DNA of 64,000 bases, from NCBI GenBank assembly GCA_965153455.1, contig OZ234493.1, positions 13,692,213 to 13,756,212 on the forward strand, in the 5' to 3' direction. Position 1 is the first letter of the stretch. Each line of letters begins with the position of its first letter. Under the pieces are notes generated by a model. That model made no database searches and was not told the origin of the DNA. It was given only the letters and a program-made list of their open reading frames with translations. Positions 37,275-49,917 of this stretch are shown here, one piece after another. The stretch comes from Sphagnum compactum (Eukaryota). The translations under genes were made by a program, and so were the position numbers.

Positions 37275-39941
37275 CACTACTAGGAAATGCGTCTTAGTTC
37301 ACTATGGGTTTCACTAGATTTTTGAGTGAATTTGGACATTTTTACCTAGTGAAATTGTTTAACCCCATAGTGAACGGGGACCAATTGTTACGGACAATGA
37401 CTTGTTTCACTAGTACCTAGTGAAACAAGGTTACTCTCAAATGAAATACAAATTTACCAAACCATTCACTTGTTAGTTAATTAACTAACCAGTATGGAAT
37501 TAAATTAAATTTTAATTATTTAATATATAATATTATCAAGTAGGCCACGTAATCAACCTAAGCACCTAATCTAAGAATTCGATAGAAGAATATTCGGTCA
37601 ACATACCATTGTTGACCACACACAACACCACCCATGAGGTTTAATCCCTTAACCTTTGGAATGGGGGCAAACACCTTTACCATCAAACCACCCCACTTGT
37701 TGTGATAATATGTTACATTACATTTTATTTATCAAATACTTTATTTTAAACATTACAAAAACATAAACTTTAAAAATTCATATCTTATTGAGATTTTGTT
37801 CAAATGAAATGATTCGAGTTTACTTTTTTAAAAATTTCAATAATGTACATAATTACATTTATTTTCTTTTGAAAGTTTAAAATCATTTGAACAAAAGAAA
37901 AGTTGAATATCATTATTCAATAACGTTTCAATGACCATTTTTTTGAAAAAAAAAGTTTAGCAAATGGATTTTTTTTGTTAATATAATAACACTACCTATG
38001 TTAAACTATTTTCAATTATTATATGACTATTTTTCATTAATTTAAATTATTTCACCCTACATTATTTACGACTATTTATGGCTGTTTTCAATTACTTTTG
38101 GTTATTTTTAGTTATTTCACCTTAAGCTACTTTTGGTTATTTTAAGTTATTTTTGGTTATTTTAACTTATTTCACCTTAGGCTATTTTCAGTTATTGTAA
38201 GTTTTTTTGGCTATTTTATGTTATTTTTGGCTATTATAAATTATTTCAATTTAGACTACTTGCAGTTATTATAAATTACTTTTGGCTATTTTAACTTATT
38301 TCACCTTAGGCTATTTTCAGCTATTGTAAGTTTTTTTGCCTATTCTATGTTATTTTTGGCTATTGTAAATTATTTCACTTTAGACTACTTGTAGCTATTA
38401 TAAGTTATTTTTGGCTATTGAAAATTATTTCACCTTAAGTTATTTTCGTTTATTATAAATTATTTCACCTTAGATTATTTTTGGCAATCCTAAACAATTA
38501 TAATATATGGTTATTGGTTGTTCTTTTATTAGTGCTATTGGTGGTTATTAATGGCTATTGGTACCTATTCTATTTGTGGTTACTAATATTTTTTAGTGGT
38601 TATTCTATTAATAGTTATTGGTGATTATTCTATTAATGGCCATTAGTAGTTATTCTATTAGTGGTTATTCGTGGTTATTCTATTGGTGGTTATTATATGA
38701 ATGGTTACTGGTGGCTATTATATTAATGGCTACTGGTGGCTATTATATTAATGGCTACTAGTGGCTATTATATTAATGGCTACTCGTGGCTATTATATTA
38801 ATGGCTACTGGTGGCTATTATATTAATGGCTACTAGTGGCTATTATATTAATGGTTATTGGTGGTTATTCTATTAATGACTACTAGTGGCTATTCTATGA
38901 ATGGATATTGGTGGTTATTCTATTAATGGCTATTCATGATTAATCTATTAATGGTTATTGGTGGCTATTTTATTAATGGTTATTCGTGATTAATCTGTTA
39001 ATGGATATTGGTGGCTATTCTATTAATGGCTATTGGTGGCTATTCTATTAATGGCTATTGGTGGCTATTCTATTAATGGCTATTGGTGATTATTCTATTA
39101 ATGGCTATTAGTGATTATTCTGTTGTAAGCCATAAGTGGTTATTTTATTAATGGTTATTGATGGCTATTTTATTAATGGTTATTAATGGTTATTGTATTA
39201 TAAGTTATTGTTGGTTATTATATGTTATATCACAACTATTGGTGATTATTGTATTATAAATTATTGTTTGATATTCTATGTTATAATATCATATGCTATT
39301 GGTAGTTATTGTATTGTAGGGTATTTAAAATTATTTTTCATAGGTTATTATTTTCTATTCTAACTTATTTTTACCTTAGGTCATTATATTTTGTTTTAGA
39401 TTATTTTAAAGTTATTATGCTTAGGATAAAATAATTTATAATAACATTAAGTAGAATGACCTTGAATAATTTAAAGTATAACTTGAAATAATATATATTA
39501 ATTTAAAATAAATTAACCTAAGGTATAGCCTAAAGTTAGTTGAATAATTTAGTTTTAAATAATTTAAAAGCTTATAATAAACTAATTAAGATACTTAAAG
39601 GTAAAATAACATATAATAATTTAGGGTACAATAATTTATAATAGCCTATAATAACATAAAATATAAGTTAGAATAACTAAAGTAGCTTAAAATAATATAG
39701 GGTATATCATAAAGTAACATAGATAGAATATTTTAAAAAACATAGAAATAAACCTATTTGCTTATAGTAAATTGTAATAGTGAATTACGTTAACTAGAAA
39801 TGAAACATGATGTCTACATAGTGATATTATAATGAAATAACTTTCACTAGGTGAAATCAGTAAAATGCAATGAAGTTATTTCACTTTTAAGGTCCCATAG
39901 TGATTTAAGCTAGTAAATTACACCCCACTTTGGTAGTAGTG
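37275..39941. mobile_element. Non-autonomous CACTA (En/Spm) element, 2667 bp
   Basis: Starts CACTACTAGGAAA and ends TTTGGTAGTAGTG. 3-bp TSD TGA at 37272-37274 and 39942-39944. Subterminal ttcactag/ctagtgaaa words at both ends. Confidence 0.9.
38560..39200. repeat. 25-bp minisatellite inside the CACTA element
   Basis: Unit tactggtggctattatattaatggc / tattggtggctattctattaatggc, more than 20 degenerate copies. A second array (ttatttcaccttag.cta) lies at ~38050-38480. Confidence 0.93.
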
Positions 39942-40679
39942 TGAGCTTGCCACATTGTCTCCATTAGCACTAAGAGACTCACTGCTTTCACTGTACTCAC
40001 CCCCCAAAAAATGCAAGGAGCCCTTCGGTAGAAACTTGATCACTTTGGTGTTCTCCAAATGTGCTAACATTTTGGATCGCACTCATACAAACCACCCTCT
40101 TCGTAATAAGATTGTTGATACTTTCATCTCCAATATGCTCCAATTTAGCTCACTTCCCTTACTAGCTAGAAACAACTTTTTCCTAAAGTTGATCTGTAAT
40201 TCCATAATGTTGGAGTCAGGTTAAAGAGTGTCTGTTCTTGGTACAAAAGGAATGCAGTCTCCCGTGAGACAATGATGCACTCCTCCAATCCCTGGGCCCC
40301 GTACATAGAAAGAGTAAACATATTTAAACAAACACCATTTATGTGAAGTTTTTTAGGATTGTCCCTTCACTCCGCATAAATCAATTGGATCTCCAAAATT
40401 CAAAATTTCCATGGGAGCTATCAATCCTGAAATAAAATGATTTTATTCAACCAAGAGCTTAAGATACAAGAATCAACCGATTGTCTTTAATTAATGAAAT
40501 TAATTTAGATGTTATCATTTGTCATTCAACAATATTCTAGAAAGCTATAAAGTACTAGTTATTTCAATCGATGAAAAAAAAATTTGAAATATTTTTCTTT
40601 AATTACATTTATCATTCCTTAAAATATCTGATATATTAGAAAATGAATACTTGTGAGGGTAGAGAGAAAAGACCTGGCA

Positions 40680-40940
40680 ATTGCTAAGTCATTTTCTTGC
40701 AGGGTTAATGAGAGGATAATCAAATGACCGCTAGGCCGTTTTCTCATGGGGCTAATGAGAGGATAATCGAGCAACCACTAGGTTGTTTTCTTGTGAGGTT
40801 AGCGAAAGGACGACCCGATAGCCCCTAGGTCATTTTCTCGCAAAGCTAGCGTAAGGATGACCCAACAACCGCTAGGTCGTCCTCTCGCAAGAGTAGCTAG
40901 ACAAAGACCTAGTGGCGCCAGGTCGTTTTTTCACAAGGGC
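40680..40940. repeat. ~45 bp imperfect tandem repeats
   Basis: ccgctaggtc.ttttctc....gggctaatgagagga recurs about 5-6 times. Confidence 0.7.
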
Positions 40941-43900
40941 AACGAAACACCGACTAGTAAACACCAAGTCATTTTTTCGATTTGTTTTAATATCACGATT
41001 TGGTGTCCACCAGATCACCAAGACGAAACCTTTGTGGGAAAACGATCTAGCGGCTGCCAAATCGTGTCTTCAAATTGTTTCGAGATGATAGTATGGCGAT
41101 CGCTAGATCGATTTTTCACAAAAAATTTGTCTTTGCGATGTAGTGAGATGGACGATCTAATGGCTACCATATCATCTTCTAGGATGGAATTGGAAAGTTG
41201 CCTTCTACTTAAGTGTCGACTTGGCAGCCACTAGATCATTCGATTTTGTACCATCCTAGGGTCATCCATTAGCCATGTAATGGTCAGGTTATGAAGATTT
41301 CAGTTTGTGGATTTGCATGTCATGCTATTGAATTGACTACAGCATTTGAAATGATGACAAAAAAATTAATTAACTAGACTAATGATAAAATACAAACAAG
41401 GTCTAAAGAAAACAGGTTTCATGGAGAATATTTGAAATGGAAGAAAATCCATGGGGTGAAATTGAACCAGCCGGTTTTCTTGTTGTTTAATGACTTCTAA
41501 TAACTTGGTATTAAAATTCCACTTTCTACTACTCAATTGGATGAATGACTAAGGGCTCTAAATGCACACTATGCATCGAGGAAATCAAAATGAAAAATCA
41601 TATAATGATTAACACGTCATTATGTTTATTCAATGATGACTCGAGAAACGTGGTGTTACCTAATTTCTCTCTAGAAGGTGGGCAAAAATTAGAAAATATA
41701 TAAAAAGAAAGATGGCATGGGAGGAGAAGCATTGAGAGGTTGGAAATATTGACATGACCATGTTTCACAAGAAGGATGGGAAGCTGTGATTGTTCTGTTT
41801 TCAATGTAAAGGTGAAATCCAAATGAAAAACTTGTTGATTATTATGTTTTGAAGAAAATTGAAAAGAAATGAAATGTGCAAAAAACACTCACAGTAGCTT
41901 TGTTTGATTTTGTAGCCTTCAGATGCCGTATATCATTATTTCCTTGTGCAAATTTTGGACCCCATGTAGCCTTGTGAGCTTTTACACCTTTTGGACGCTC
42001 CAATTGTGGAAGGCCGCGTTCAGAGTTCTTGAAATTGGAAGAAAGAAAGGGATGACAATGATACAAATAAGAAGAAATGAAAAAGCTTGGTGTCATGAAT
42101 GAAAAGGAATAACTTGGGAAAAGATAACATGGAAATAAACAAAACTATGGCTGGGGAGGAATTACTTAAAAGGAGTAAACAAGGAGAGAGCTGAACACAT
42201 TGACATTAGAGGAAAGAAAGACCTCTAAAAACCCTAACTTACAACTTCCATAAGTTGGAGACTTCCTTCTAAGAGAAAAACGCCCAAGAACCCTAAATCA
42301 TGACTTTCACAAGTTGAAATGTTCCCTCTCACCTTTTTTCCAAATTGGACTACCAAGATGATATATGGATAAAAAAGTTTTTACCATGTTTCATCCATTT
42401 AAGTTTCAAACATTTAAATTCAAGGCTTGGTCGATTTATAAGATCTATATGCAATAACCGGTCAACATTGTTGTTAATTGTCAACTTCAATAAACATTTC
42501 ATAGCATAGTTTCAATATTGGTTGTTAATTAGTTTGATGTATTATTTAGGTGCATATTAATTTTATTCATTGGAATAAGTTTTTTCTCACAATAATTTCC
42601 CTAGTATTAAGAATCAATTATATGGACGTGGACCTCTATAATTAGTAAAAAGTTGTTAATATTCTTATTTGCAAATTTGGGTAGAAATTTTAGAATATTA
42701 TTTTTTGATCGACAACATTTAAACATCAAGTGAAAAAAACACTTTACAAATAAAAGTTCTCATGCAATGTAAGGTTAACTAATAATATTTCTTTGTAAAA
42801 TTGTGAATTGCTTTTGAGGTAAAAGAGGTATTGAAATGAAATTTTGGATGGCCATGATCTTTTGAAATTTATCAAAATTATTTGAATAAATCATCATGCA
42901 AATCAACACATTGATGAATTGTTACAACATTACATATAAATGGAGTTTAATATATGGAAACATATATTAAGTTGGGATTCAAATATTAGAGTTCAACTTC
43001 ATTTCCATGGTCCTTCTTTATTTTCATAATTATATAATTATGAATTAATTTTAAATTTTAATATATATACTTTTTTTTTGGAAATGGGTTAAAATGTTGA
43101 GTTTGACAAAGTTGAACATTTGTTTTATAAGTGATTCACAATTAATTTATTAGTATAATTTCCCAATTTATCGCTAAGTGGAAATAGGAAAAAAAATCAA
43201 ATCTCAATGTTACAAGAATAATATTAATATTCTACAATGATCATTGTCTTGTATTCATTGGGATAATCACGACATTTATGGATTATAACAATTTTCAAGT
43301 TCATTATATGTAAAGTAATTAAATATTATTTTTCCATTTTAATTGTACATTAATGTATTTCACTTGACTGATTTACTTTATGTTTTGCTTTTAACTACAT
43401 TGGGTTCCACATTGCCAAATTGGCCCTGGAATATTATTTCACCAATCACATTGTGGTGTGAAGAAGTCTTCTACCAAATTTGAAGATTTGTTTCAAGATG
43501 ATATTATACTCGACACAATTTGAATTGTTTTTCTAATACAATTGTTGCATGATGTTTTTGTATTTAAACTTGACATCATTTATGTATGCAATTATAAGTC
43601 TAAACACAAAACATATTAATTTCAAAATTCATGGATTTTATTTGTCACTCTATGCTTCATCAATTTAAAACCAATATATTAATTCGATCTTGAATGTAAA
43701 AATATACATGTGTGAGTGCATATATAATACACATATAAAATTGACAATGTGTGAGTATTTTTAATTCATTGCATATATAATAACTTTCATCTTTGAACTT
43801 AGTTTTATTTTATTTTCATTGAGGTTTATGATTGAGATTTTGGAGATTTGTAAATAATTTTAACAAATGATTTCTTGACTCGCCAATTTTCAATGCTTAA

Positions 43901-45649
43901 AATTTGTTCAATCGTAAGCATGATCTTAATAATGCACCTCAATTTATCTAATTTTCTTTTTTTATTTATAAAAAAATTCATTGCAAGACGATTCATTATT
44001 CAATAACTCATGCACTATATGTTTAAACCTTAAAAATTATGAAACTACTATTCATGGTTTGGAAGATGCTAGGGTGACAAACAAACTTCCTTCTTTAATA
44101 TATTGGTGTGTATGCTTGCAAAAATGTATGTCCAAATTCAATGATGCACTTTTCAAAGCTAAATTACTCTTATGGTGAGTAGAGGGGTACGATATGTGCA
44201 AGGTAGACTAGGACCACAACATCATGGCACAACAAGCATCCAATAATGAAATGTGGGTCATTAAAAAATCAAACATTGGCCCCCCAAGTAAACCCATAAT
44301 GGTATTTAAACCTTTTTGAATGGGACTTCTCATTGTCTATATTTAGCCTAAAAATGTCAAATATAGACCCAGAGACCTTAATTCAATCTTGGGACGAGGT
44401 CTAGATCAATCTTCAATGGTTTTCAAAATGAAGGACAAATACCCAATGGCTATCAATTGGGTATATACCCACTTACTCATTGGTTTCAATATTTCTCCAA
44501 TAACCAATTTTGATGCAATAACCATGATTTTTGAAATAAAAAAAAAATCAAAGAACTTTCCAAAGTTTTGTTAGTTTTTTTGGTCAATTTTTTCATGAAA
44601 ATCATTTATTCTTTGAAGCTTTTGAAATAGTAACCAAAACCAATGGTTCTTTGATTTTGAATTTTTTTCACAAAACTAGAACCTATGAATCTTGATTTAA
44701 AAATATTTAAAGAATTGGAACTGCCATTTCTTAAAAATTTGAAAGAACTGCACAATAGTAATCCATATATTGTTTACAAGCAACTATTTAAGAAATGGGC
44801 CTAGGGTTTTACCATGGTACAACCTTGAGTTTACCCAATTTCTAAGACATGGTCATAATAAACTAATGATTACACAAACACAATGTTCACATGGATATTA
44901 GAAGTTGGTAGAGAAATTTTGATTAAGAAAAGTTTATAGTAAAAGTTGCCAAGTATGGACTATGGTCAGCTGTAGACTTGAACTTCAAACTTTGGATGGG
45001 TGTGTTTAGACATTCCTTCCTATGTGCATATTTGCTTTTCATGAGTGTTTGCCATTCCCTCACCCTAAAAAAGGGAAAAATACACACATTAAAACCCTGT
45101 GGCTAAGAAAAAGGTTTGGATTAATCCAAGGTTATATAGTGTCAATTCAAAGATTTTATAATTAAATATAATTATATCTTATAATTTATAGATTGTAAAA
45201 AAATAAAAACCAAAAAAAAAAAAAATTATTCTTAAACATCTACAATGGTAGAGAACGTATTCCTATCCTTGCTACCAACCCCCACGATAAGGTGCGAAAA
45301 GTTTCCAAAAAAGTTATGAACTAAAACCTCATTGGTTTGTCCAATGATCCTTCACAACAAGGGGTTTCTAAATTCTCTTTTTAAACTCCCTTGTTATAGG
45401 AATATTCAAATCTATATCTCTCCAATCCCCCTCCTACCCCTTTCCTCTTTCCCTCTCATTTCTCATCACTTGTGTATATATAACAAAAACCAAACTCCTT
45501 TGGATCACAACTAGTTGGACTAAATAACCTTGTTGATGGGGGTGATGGACCCCAAACCAACTGGCAAGAACAAAAAAGTGAACTGGTGGGGTTGGACTAA
45601 TAGGAAACCTTCACAAAAAACTATGGTGGGGTTGGATAGGCCATCATTA

Positions 45650-47750
45650 AGGAATTCCAAAAAGGCCCTGTATGTAAGAAGATTAAAAATGTTGGTTCCA
45701 ACCCAAGGACAAATCATGAAACATTCCTTTGGTTGGGTACCTTTGACATGAAAGATACCATGTCAAGCTCTTGTCTTGGGCCCCATATTATTTTGTTTGG
45801 CCCTTAGTTACCTAGGGTCTTTGGGAACACATAATGGGAACAAGCTTATAATTTTAATCCATATTTTTTATATGAGCGTATTTGACATTCAAAAAGATCA
45901 TATGTGAAGGCACGATAACATTATGAATTTTGGCTTAAGCTTGGGGTAGGTAGTAGAATAATTTTGTGGCTTGGAGTCCGGGGACATGTTCGATACCTTG
46001 GGCATGTTTTACAATGGGCATTATGCCACCATGTCCAAGCCCCCAAGTAGTCAAGGGTCATTTGGTTTTAGCCCCATGCCACCCATGGCTATAATGTCCT
46101 AGACCCTGTGCTATCGCATCCCAATCCCTAGCAACCTAGGATCATTCTATCATAAGCCCCCATGTTGTTGTGTCCTAAATCCTGGGCCACCTTATCCTAG
46201 CCCCTACATAACTTAGGGTCCATTCCATTTTGTCATGGGCCCATGTTGTGTAGTGACCTAGAGCCCAAACCAGCTTGTCCTAGCCGTCAAAAGGTCTAAA
46301 ATCATTTTTCATAGATGGTAGGCCATTTGTCCTAGGCCCCAAGCAAGCTAAGGGGGCCTCAAGGCACCCATTTTTGGGCCTAGGCAACGAAGGGTCTATT
46401 TTTATCATGGCCCTAGGGCATCTTGTCTTGGCCCCCAAGGCACTTGTCAATGGTGTGGAACTTGTACTACGATGGAATGCACCTAGGAAAGCCCATTCCA
46501 CCCAGAACAATAATGGGTCTACAACTATGATTTTGCCATTATAAAGACAAAGCATGGATGTGGGTTCCGAGTGTATTCAAGAGTAGTCGATGAAGTTTGT
46601 CCAAATCATATATTGGAATGAATACAAGTAAAATGTCAATGCAAAATCACATTAATTAATCAACATAATTTATACATTCATCATACACCAAACACATTTG
46701 CAATGTGCAAATACTTATATGTAGAAGGATGGTTTCAAAAAATAGCCTTTTTATTATGCCCACCTCAAAATAATTATTCTTCCCCAAAGTAAGAATAAAT
46801 CTTCTAGATATACCTCCCATGGTTTTTTTTTTTCAATTTTTGTCAAGTACGTGCACTAGCAATCACCCACAAGAAGAACGACCCAAATTTGGCTAGATGT
46901 CAGCAAGCAAAGTAAAAAATAATTTGAATCCCACCTTCAAATAGCACAGGGACCATGACAAGTGGCTTGGGGGCCAAGACAAGGTGCCCTAGAGCCATGA
47001 CAAAACTAGACCCTTGGTTGCACGGGCCCAAGAATGGATGCCTTGAGCCCCCCCTAGTTTGCTTGGGGCCTAGGACAAGTAGCCTACCGTCTATGAAAAA
47101 TGATTTTAGACCTTTTGACAACTTTAGGACAAGATGGTTTGGGCTTTAGGACACTTCACAACATGGGCCCATGACAAAATGGAATGAACCCTAGATTATT
47201 TAGGGGCTAGGAGAAGGTGGCCCAGGGTTTAGGACACTACAACATAGGGCCTAAGATAGAATGATCCTAGTTTGCTAGGGGTTGGGATGTGATAGGAGGG
47301 GTTTAGGACATTATGGTCATGGGTGGCATGGGGCTAAGACCAAATGACCCTTTACTACTTGGGGGCTTGGACATGGTGGTATAGTGCCCATCATAGGACA
47401 TGCTTGATGTATCGAACATGTCCCTAGACTCCAAGCCACCAAGCCACAAAAATATTCTACTACCTACCCCAAGCCTAAGCCAAAATTCATAATGTTACCA
47501 TGCTTTCACGGATGATCTTTTTGAATCTCAAAAACGTTCATATAAAAAATATGGATAAAAATTACAAGCTTGTTCCCATAATGTGTTCCCAAAGGCCCTA
47601 GGTAGCTAGGGGCTCAAGACAAAAGATTAACAAAATATCTTTCATGTCAAGGGACCCAACCAAGAGAATCTTTCATGATTTGCCCTTGGGCTAGAGCCAA
47701 GACTCTCATTTTTAAAATCTTCTTACATACATGGTCTTTTTGGAATTTCA
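45650..47750. mobile_element. Foldback / long inverted-repeat element (~800-bp arms, ~500-bp spacer)
   Basis: 45650-46455 is the diverged reverse complement of 46952-47750. For example, cttgtcttggcccccaaggcacttgtca pairs with tgacaagtggcttgggggccaagacaag, and ORFs 46280-46555(-) and 46955-47149(+) give near-identical peptides. Confidence 0.9.
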
Positions 47751-47835
47751 TACATCATTCGATGAAAATCTTCAAATGGTTTGTTTGATTCACCAACTTC
47801 CTTTGGGTCAGGACTGGGGAACTTGCCCTACACTA

Positions 47836-48624
47836 TCTATTATATTAATTCATTACGTCTGTGCGTGCGTCTGTCTGACACGACAATTCTGTTGTAGAAT
47901 CGGCCTCTGCATTTTTTATAGCAGAACCGGGTCGTGGTGGCGGAGAGACACACGCCAGCCATCGATCGCGTCGTCACCACCGACACTCTGAGCAAAGCGA
48001 GAGCCTGACTGAGACTGAGGATCTCGATTTGGGATCTCATTCGGGACGCGGATCGTGAAGAAGACGAGCGGAAAAGCCGTGCCCGTGAGGACAGAGTGCT
48101 GCACTCGCGCTTGCTCGATCGTTGCAGCAGCAGCAACAGCTCCTTGTGCGCTTGCACACAGAGGAGATTTGCACTCCTCTCTCGCTTACTCTCAGCTGCA
48201 GTAACGGCCTTTCGAGGTTCTTGCAGGTGTGGGTTACAAACAAACGCACTCTCCGTCACCTGCTCTCTTGACCTATGCTTTTTTGTCCCAAAGGATATCG
48301 GAGAAAGCTGTGTGCAATAGTTGTTTTCTACGATTTCCACGAGGGTTTTTGAGTTCGCCATCGCTGTTTCTCTGCTATAGGGCGAAGAGGAATGTATAAT
48401 TCTTACTGCTACAAAGAAAATTAGGGATTTTTTCGAAGCTTTGGATGTCGTGGTTTTTTATTTTTTGCTCATTTTTGCATTTTTCTGCTCTCTAGAAGCT
48501 GGAGATGACGCTTTGTGGATCATTCATTTCTTTTTTCTTTTGGGTTTGTTGGAGCTTTCTGAGCTAGAGCTTGAGTGATGGATTTATTTACACACCTGTG
48601 CATTAGGCACGGGGTTCAGACTAG
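47836..48624 (+). mobile_element. Non-autonomous Helitron, 789 bp, with GC-rich internal cargo
   Basis: 5' end A|TCTATTATATTAATT...GTCTGTGCGTGCGTCTGTCTG. 3' end has hairpin CCTGTGC-ATTAG-GCACGGG then CTAG|T. Inserted in an A|T site with no TSD. Confidence 0.85.
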
Positions 48625-49545
48625 TTACTAGTATGGAGAAAAACTTATAGGTAGGGAAAACAAGGCCATCCTTCCCACAGAATATGAGATTAGGCGAGAT
48701 GCTAAACTCCCCCTAACAAGCTTTGTTCAGCACTGGTTTCACTTGCCTTTTCGCACACCTTTTTCGGCCTCAGTACATATGTATGTGAAACCAAGTTCTA
48801 GTGGAAACTTTTTGTGACTGAAGTTGGAGTGGAAGGTGTTGTGGACCTTATTCCTTTACTTTCTCTCTTGCAAGTGTTTCAATTCTCCAATCCTCCTGAC
48901 TCTATGCACCAGCTTTCCCACTCCTAATACAGTTGTACCTAGGCAACTTCAATATGAATTATATAACTTTCAGAATTGTTGAGATTGTCAAACCATATTT
49001 ATTCAAAGAAAAAAAATTATGAAGGAAAATAATAGTGTTTTAATAAGTACAAGAATTTTTTTTACATGAAATCTTCAGAATAAAATAATTATTGGACATC
49101 AAGATGTTGAACTTGCCTGATACATAGTGTTTTTATTTTTCAAGTTTTTGTTGGAGTGTTAATACCAGCTTGTGAACATCCCAAAGAAAAGAATAACAAT
49201 AAATGATGACTTGTTATTAAAACCTTTCAAAAATAAAACAAATAGTCTATCTATTTACAACAACCAAAAATAAACATGATTACCCAAAATATCTCTTTTC
49301 TGATGATTTTTTTTCAAAAAACTAGAAAATTTCTCAAGGATGAATTGCATTACAAATTGGCCCAATTCCAAAAAGTGGATGAAAGCTTTGAAGGAGTTAT
49401 TAGGATACATAAGTCAACTGGTAACAGTAACCCAGCACAACAGAAGGTACAACATTTTTCAATTTCCAAATATCGATATCATAAATGTGGTGAAAGAAGG
49501 TGACATATATGAAGATAGAAGGCCCCTATGTATAGGGATAAACAT

Positions 49546-49670
49546 CAAATGTCATATGTAAGGATCTGACAAATGTCATATGTAAGCATCTGAAATATGT
49601 CATATGTAAGGATCTGACAAATGTCATATGTAAGCATCTGACAAATGTCATATGTAAGGATCTGACAAAT
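49546..49670. repeat. 24-bp tandem repeat x5
   Basis: Unit caaatgtcatatgtaag(g/c)atctga. The G/C variant alternates, giving a 48-bp higher-order unit. Confidence 0.95.
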
Positions 49671-49692
49671 TATGATTTGTGCTAGCACTCAC

Positions 49693-49917
49693 AGTTTGAA
49701 TTGGCTTTCCTTTTTCTTTGCCTGTGATGATGGCAGTAGAGGGAGGTCTTTTTCCAACGGGAAGGGGTGGAGTTGGTCCAGGACTTGTAAAGGGTTTAGT
49801 ATTTGGTGGATTACATGTGCTACTACTAAAGTGTTACTCATCATTAGCTCACCAAAAAGTGGTAGAAAGGGTCAGTAACACTAATAGCAGGGTCTTGAAC
49901 AGCTTGGAGGTCACCAT
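49693..49917 (-). pseudogene. Possible relic of a small secreted Pro-rich peptide gene
   Basis: Reads MVTSKLFKTLLLVLLTLSTTFW*ANDE*HFSSSTCNPPNTKPFTSPGPTPPLPVGKRPPSTAIITGKEKGKPIQT|GTGAGT, with a signal-peptide-like start, two stops, and TATA-like TTAAATA about 115 bp upstream. Confidence 0.3.

Larger units (their letters stand above)
34330..40430 (-). mobile_element. Degenerate DDE-type DNA transposase gene (superfamily uncertain, possibly Sola-like), interrupted by a CACTA insertion
   Basis: Minus-strand motifs GSVFVKCSVCESL (CxxC), LCVIHDKMNHSK, LTGMIVHGHG...WPNDPNFTV, LLLQMDNCVKDNKN and GFLVV/GHIHEDIDGSFG. Further coding-like pieces at 36330-37274 and 39945-40430. Boundaries approximate. 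Confidence 0.7.

Noticed and set aside
47840-48361. 173-aa minus-strand ORF
   Set aside because: It spans the Helitron interior up to its terminus, has no recognisable domain, and GC-richness explains the open frame.
49546-49670. 24-bp repeat array as a possible CRISPR
   Set aside because: Units are contiguous with no unique spacers, there are no cas genes, and the context is eukaryotic.
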